In this document: piece by piece, positions 16,462 to 19,218 of the stretch | Position numbering within the stretch: the first letter of the stretch is position 1 | Layout: each line of letters starts with the position of its first letter | From: Candidatus Thorarchaeota archaeon | Lineage (GTDB): Archaea > Asgardarchaeota > Thorarchaeia > Thorarchaeales > Thorarchaeaceae | Assembly: GCA_003345555.1 (NCBI GenBank) | Contig: PRDJ01000066.1 | Span: forward strand, 1 to 19,218 | DNA: 19,218 bases | Direction: 5' to 3' | The notes under the pieces: model-generated | The model's database searches: none | Told to the model about the DNA's origin: nothing | The model's input: the letters and a program-made list of their open reading frames with translations, nothing else | Translations under genes and position numbers: made by a program

Positions 16462-17013
16462 TTGAAGCTCGTTGAGTTGGCCCAGAAGTCCATTGAGCTC
16501 ATCGAGGAAGCAGGAACCCAAGGTATTCGAAGCGACGTGCTCGCCAGCATGCTTCAGAGCCCCAAGAGAAGAGTGTATGACATAGTTGCTATTCTCAAGG
16601 CCCTAGGTCTTGTTACGACCAAGCGCAAGTCCGATGGTACGACTCTTATGTGGGTTGATCGCTCTGTCGAGTTTGTCCAACGTTCCGAATATGAAGCGTT
16701 GAAGACCCGTCTCAGCGATGCCACACTGACAAAGAACCAGCTACAGGTCGAGGTTGCAGAGCTCAAGGAACAGCTTCGCCTGACGAGGCTCAAGATCCCC
16801 CGGGAATCCCAAACCGTCGGCACTGTTCGCAAGACAGAGTTCGAGACGACTCAATTGAGAGTGAGACCGACATCTAGACTAGGATTCAAGAAAGTCACTG
16901 ACTCCGGAATGGAAGTCATAATCGAAACGCACGATCCCGGAATGACAGTTGACCCGTCAGAGGAATTGGTTGACAAAGTCGAGACTCTGATAAGAAACCT
17001 TGAACGGACTTAG
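16462..17013 (+). CDS. E2F/DP-like winged-helix transcription factor with coiled coil
   Basis: KLVELAQKSIELI...LASMLQSPKRRVYDIVAILKALGLV...LMWV, then a heptad repeat at residues 77-105. SD-like GGGGTGA at 16451-16457 precedes the TTG. Confidence 0.8.
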   Translation: MKLVELAQKSIELIEEAGTQGIRSDVLASMLQSPKRRVYDIVAILKALGLVTTKRKSDGTTLMWVDRSVEFVQRSEYEALKTRLSDATLTKNQLQVEVAELKEQLRLTRLKIPRESQTVGTVRKTEFETTQLRVRPTSRLGFKKVTDSGMEVIIETHDPGMTVDPSEELVDKVETLIRNLERT

Positions 17014-17082
17014 AAGACTTGATGCACACTAAAGGACGATAGGCTTGTCGGTGCCAGTCTTCACTGGGTACGATTCGACCGT

Positions 17083-17484
17083 TTATCGCTTCGGCTGACT
17101 TGCAGAGCGGACAGTGACTCTAGCTCCTCGTCTCAGCCCGGCCAGTCTCTCAAGGGCGTCCTTGCCCGAAGTTATTCTACCGACGATATTGACTCGGCCA
17201 GCAGTATGCATATCCTTCAGATAGATGTCGAGAGAGTCTCCTAATGGGTTGTAAGCTAAGTCGCCCTGCTTGACTTCCGTGGATGCTTTCAGATTCCCGG
17301 CTTTCAAACCAAGAGTAATCTTCACTTGTCCAGCTATAACTGCAGCCTTCCCAGCGATTGGAAGGCGGTACTTGATCTCCTCTATGATTAGAGGACCAAG
17401 GATTCGATCAAGGACACCAGTCAGAACCAATCCCCCTTCGAACTCAAGTTCAATGGGCAGTTCGCTCTCACTCATCGGACTCAC
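17083..17484 (-). CDS. Cyclophilin-like fold protein (TM1367/AF2241 type); start may be ATG 17475
   Basis: EEIKYRLPIAG, EVKQGDLAYNPLGDSLDIY, and VNIVGRI. Confidence 0.8.
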   Translation of the reverse strand: MSPMSESELPIELEFEGGLVLTGVLDRILGPLIIEEIKYRLPIAGKAAVIAGQVKITLGLKAGNLKASTEVKQGDLAYNPLGDSLDIYLKDMHTAGRVNIVGRITSGKDALERLAGLRRGARVTVRSASQPKR

Positions 17485-17585
17485 GGCGGCAGTCCTTGAG
17501 CTTCGGGCTTAAAATGTGCTCCGGCGCTATTTGCTGCAAATCCTTAATTGTGGTTGGCCTTGAAACGTACCCGGAGTGAATCGGG

Positions 17586-18713
17586 CTGGTAGAAACGATT
17601 CTCGAAATCGCCTTTGTTGTTGACACCACCGGGTCGATGAAGGACGATATAGAAGCAGTTCGAGACAATCTTTTCCGAATAGTGGACCGTGTTGCCGAAA
17701 GGACAAAGGGACTTCACATCCGGTTCGGTATTGTTTCCTATCGTGATCACCCACCACAGGATCGTACGTATGTCACACGTGTCTTCGATTTCACTGACAA
17801 GATTAAGGCCGTTCACCGGGAAATTTCAGATTTGAGTCCGTCCGAAGGTGGAGACGTCCCGGAAGCAGTGGCTGATGGCCTTTATGATGCACGTACTAAG
17901 CTATCTTGGCAAAAGGATTCGTACAAGGCCCTCCTCTTGATTGGTGATGCGCCTCCTCATGGAAGAAACTACAACATGCTCGCAGATGATTACTTCCCCG
18001 AAGGGTGTCCCGATGGGCATGACCCTCGTTCAGAGGTTCAGACCCTGAAGAGACTTTATGGCAACACGATGTTCATTTTCGTATGTGGCTGCAACCCCTT
18101 GGTGGAGCAGTCCTTCAGAAGCATCGCTGACTCCGTTGAAGGCGGAAGGTACTATTCTCTCACGGAAGCCCACCAGCTTCCCGAAGCAATTCTCGGCATT
18201 CTTGAGGACATGGGTGAACTAATTGAAGCCGACCGTCGTGTCCTTGCTTACTATATCTCGCACGATGCCGTTTTCGACATAGGCGAAGCAGCCACCGAGC
18301 TCGGGTTGGAACTCAGGGCCATCAAGACATCTCTCTCGAGACTTATAGAGTTGGAACATATTCCGTCTTGGCCGAGCGGACGGCCGCTGACTCAGTCTCA
18401 GACGGGCCTGACCGTTGAACTCGGGAATGTTCCGAGTTCATTAGTGCCGGGCAAGTCTTTTCCATTCAAGATCAAAATACGAAACCCAAGTCTTGCTCAT
18501 GTGGGGATCCGGGTCGTCGCCACGTTAATCACGTCCCAGGGAGTATCAGAGATGATGAATGAGCCGCACGAGATTAGCCCAAGAGCCGATGAGACTATCA
18601 CCATTCCACTTACTCCCATGTCAGACGAAAGGGGCAAGGCCAGTTTGAGAGTGGAGGTCCTTTGTGGATCAAAGACGGCAGCCGTTCGAACTTACCAAAC
18701 CATGGTGATTTAG
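17586..18713 (+). CDS. vWA-domain protein with central HTH and C-terminal Ig-like beta-sandwich; proposed CTG start (ORF track uses ATG 17637)
   Basis: MIDAS motif LEIAFVVDTTGSM lies in frame upstream of ATG 17637. Further motifs are RFGIVSYRDHPPQD, EGGDVPEAVADGL, and LLIGDAPPHG. Confidence 0.85.
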   Translation: MVETILEIAFVVDTTGSMKDDIEAVRDNLFRIVDRVAERTKGLHIRFGIVSYRDHPPQDRTYVTRVFDFTDKIKAVHREISDLSPSEGGDVPEAVADGLYDARTKLSWQKDSYKALLLIGDAPPHGRNYNMLADDYFPEGCPDGHDPRSEVQTLKRLYGNTMFIFVCGCNPLVEQSFRSIADSVEGGRYYSLTEAHQLPEAILGILEDMGELIEADRRVLAYYISHDAVFDIGEAATELGLELRAIKTSLSRLIELEHIPSWPSGRPLTQSQTGLTVELGNVPSSLVPGKSFPFKIKIRNPSLAHVGIRVVATLITSQGVSEMMNEPHEISPRADETITIPLTPMSDERGKASLRVEVLCGSKTAAVRTYQTMVI

Positions 18714-18738
18714 ACACTGAGTGTCTTCAAGAGTCTAT

Positions 18739-19218
18739 TCATTCGCCAGGTCGCATGTGAGCCTTATCTGACAGCAATCGGCCGATGGCCGAAAGCAGGT
18801 AGTCATCGTATAGTTGTGCCGAGAAGGATTTGATTGGAACTATCCGCGCATTCAAGGACCTGACCAACTTACGAGCTTCTCTGACGTCAAAGTCCTCTCC
18901 CAATCCAAGAATATCCATCTGATAGCGGCCGAGTTCGGAGAACCCACTCAGGAATGGCGCAACCTCCCCCTCGTTCGCTCTGAGCTGGTTGCCGACAACC
19001 ACGACAAGGGTGGGTCTTTCAGTTCCGAAGTCTTGCAGCAATTCTGCCAAAGAATGGTAGACGGCCGCGATGTTTAGTTCCTTGTCGGCTTCGCCTACCG
19101 AGTCCAAGACGGAGTAAACCAGTGATGTCAAAACCTCGCGAGACGAAAGGTCATGAAGGAACTCAGCATATGGCTGAACCTGTCCTCCCTTCTGTATGCA
19201 GTACTTGTGAGCCTGATC
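18739..19218 (-). CDS. Probable C-terminal part of a divergent vWA-fold protein, 5' truncated by the window edge
   Basis: The frame is open to base 19218 (DQAHKYCIQKGGQVQPYAEFLHDLSSREVLTSLVY...). TLVVVVG...MDILGLGEDFDVREARKLVRSLNARIVPI resembles the last vWA strands and helices. Confidence 0.6.
   Translation of the reverse strand, partial: DQAHKYCIQKGGQVQPYAEFLHDLSSREVLTSLVYSVLDSVGEADKELNIAAVYHSLAELLQDFGTERPTLVVVVGNQLRANEGEVAPFLSGFSELGRYQMDILGLGEDFDVREARKLVRSLNARIVPIKSFSAQLYDDYLLSAIGRLLSDKAHMRPGE

Noticed and set aside
1-19218. Mobile element or provirus
   Set aside because: No integrase, transposase, terminal inverted repeats or viral structural genes were recognised.

Overview
Gene-dense archaeal chromosomal window with about 20 CDS. 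I recognised no rRNA, tRNA, CRISPR array or mobile element. The gene content (longin-domain protein, SNAP-like helical protein, 7-TM protein, PAC2, PDCD5-like, COG2517 tRNA-binding protein) points to an Asgard archaeon, possibly Thorarchaeia; this is inference, not a database result. Left: CCG-domain Fe-S protein (5' truncated), MSMEG_0568-like radical SAM, GNAT, aldehyde dehydrogenase, RsmB/NOP2 m5C methyltransferase. Middle: SNAP-like protein, PDCD5-like protein, PAC2, small Zn protein, orphan, 7-TM protein, longin-wHTH, tRNA-binding protein, MazG-like protein, PaaK-like ligase, membrane protein. Right: COG2403 P-loop enzyme (probable arginine synthetase family), E2F/DP-like protein, cyclophilin-like-fold protein and two convergent vWA proteins. 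The top finding is 16462..17013, which resembles the eukaryotic cell-cycle factor E2F/DP in its RRVYD winged helix, its coiled coil and a possible marked box, and has short palindromes upstream. Two genes (GNAT and vWA) lack a canonical start before conserved N-terminal motifs and may start at ACG and CTG behind Shine-Dalgarno-like sequences. All family assignments come from motif recognition by eye.
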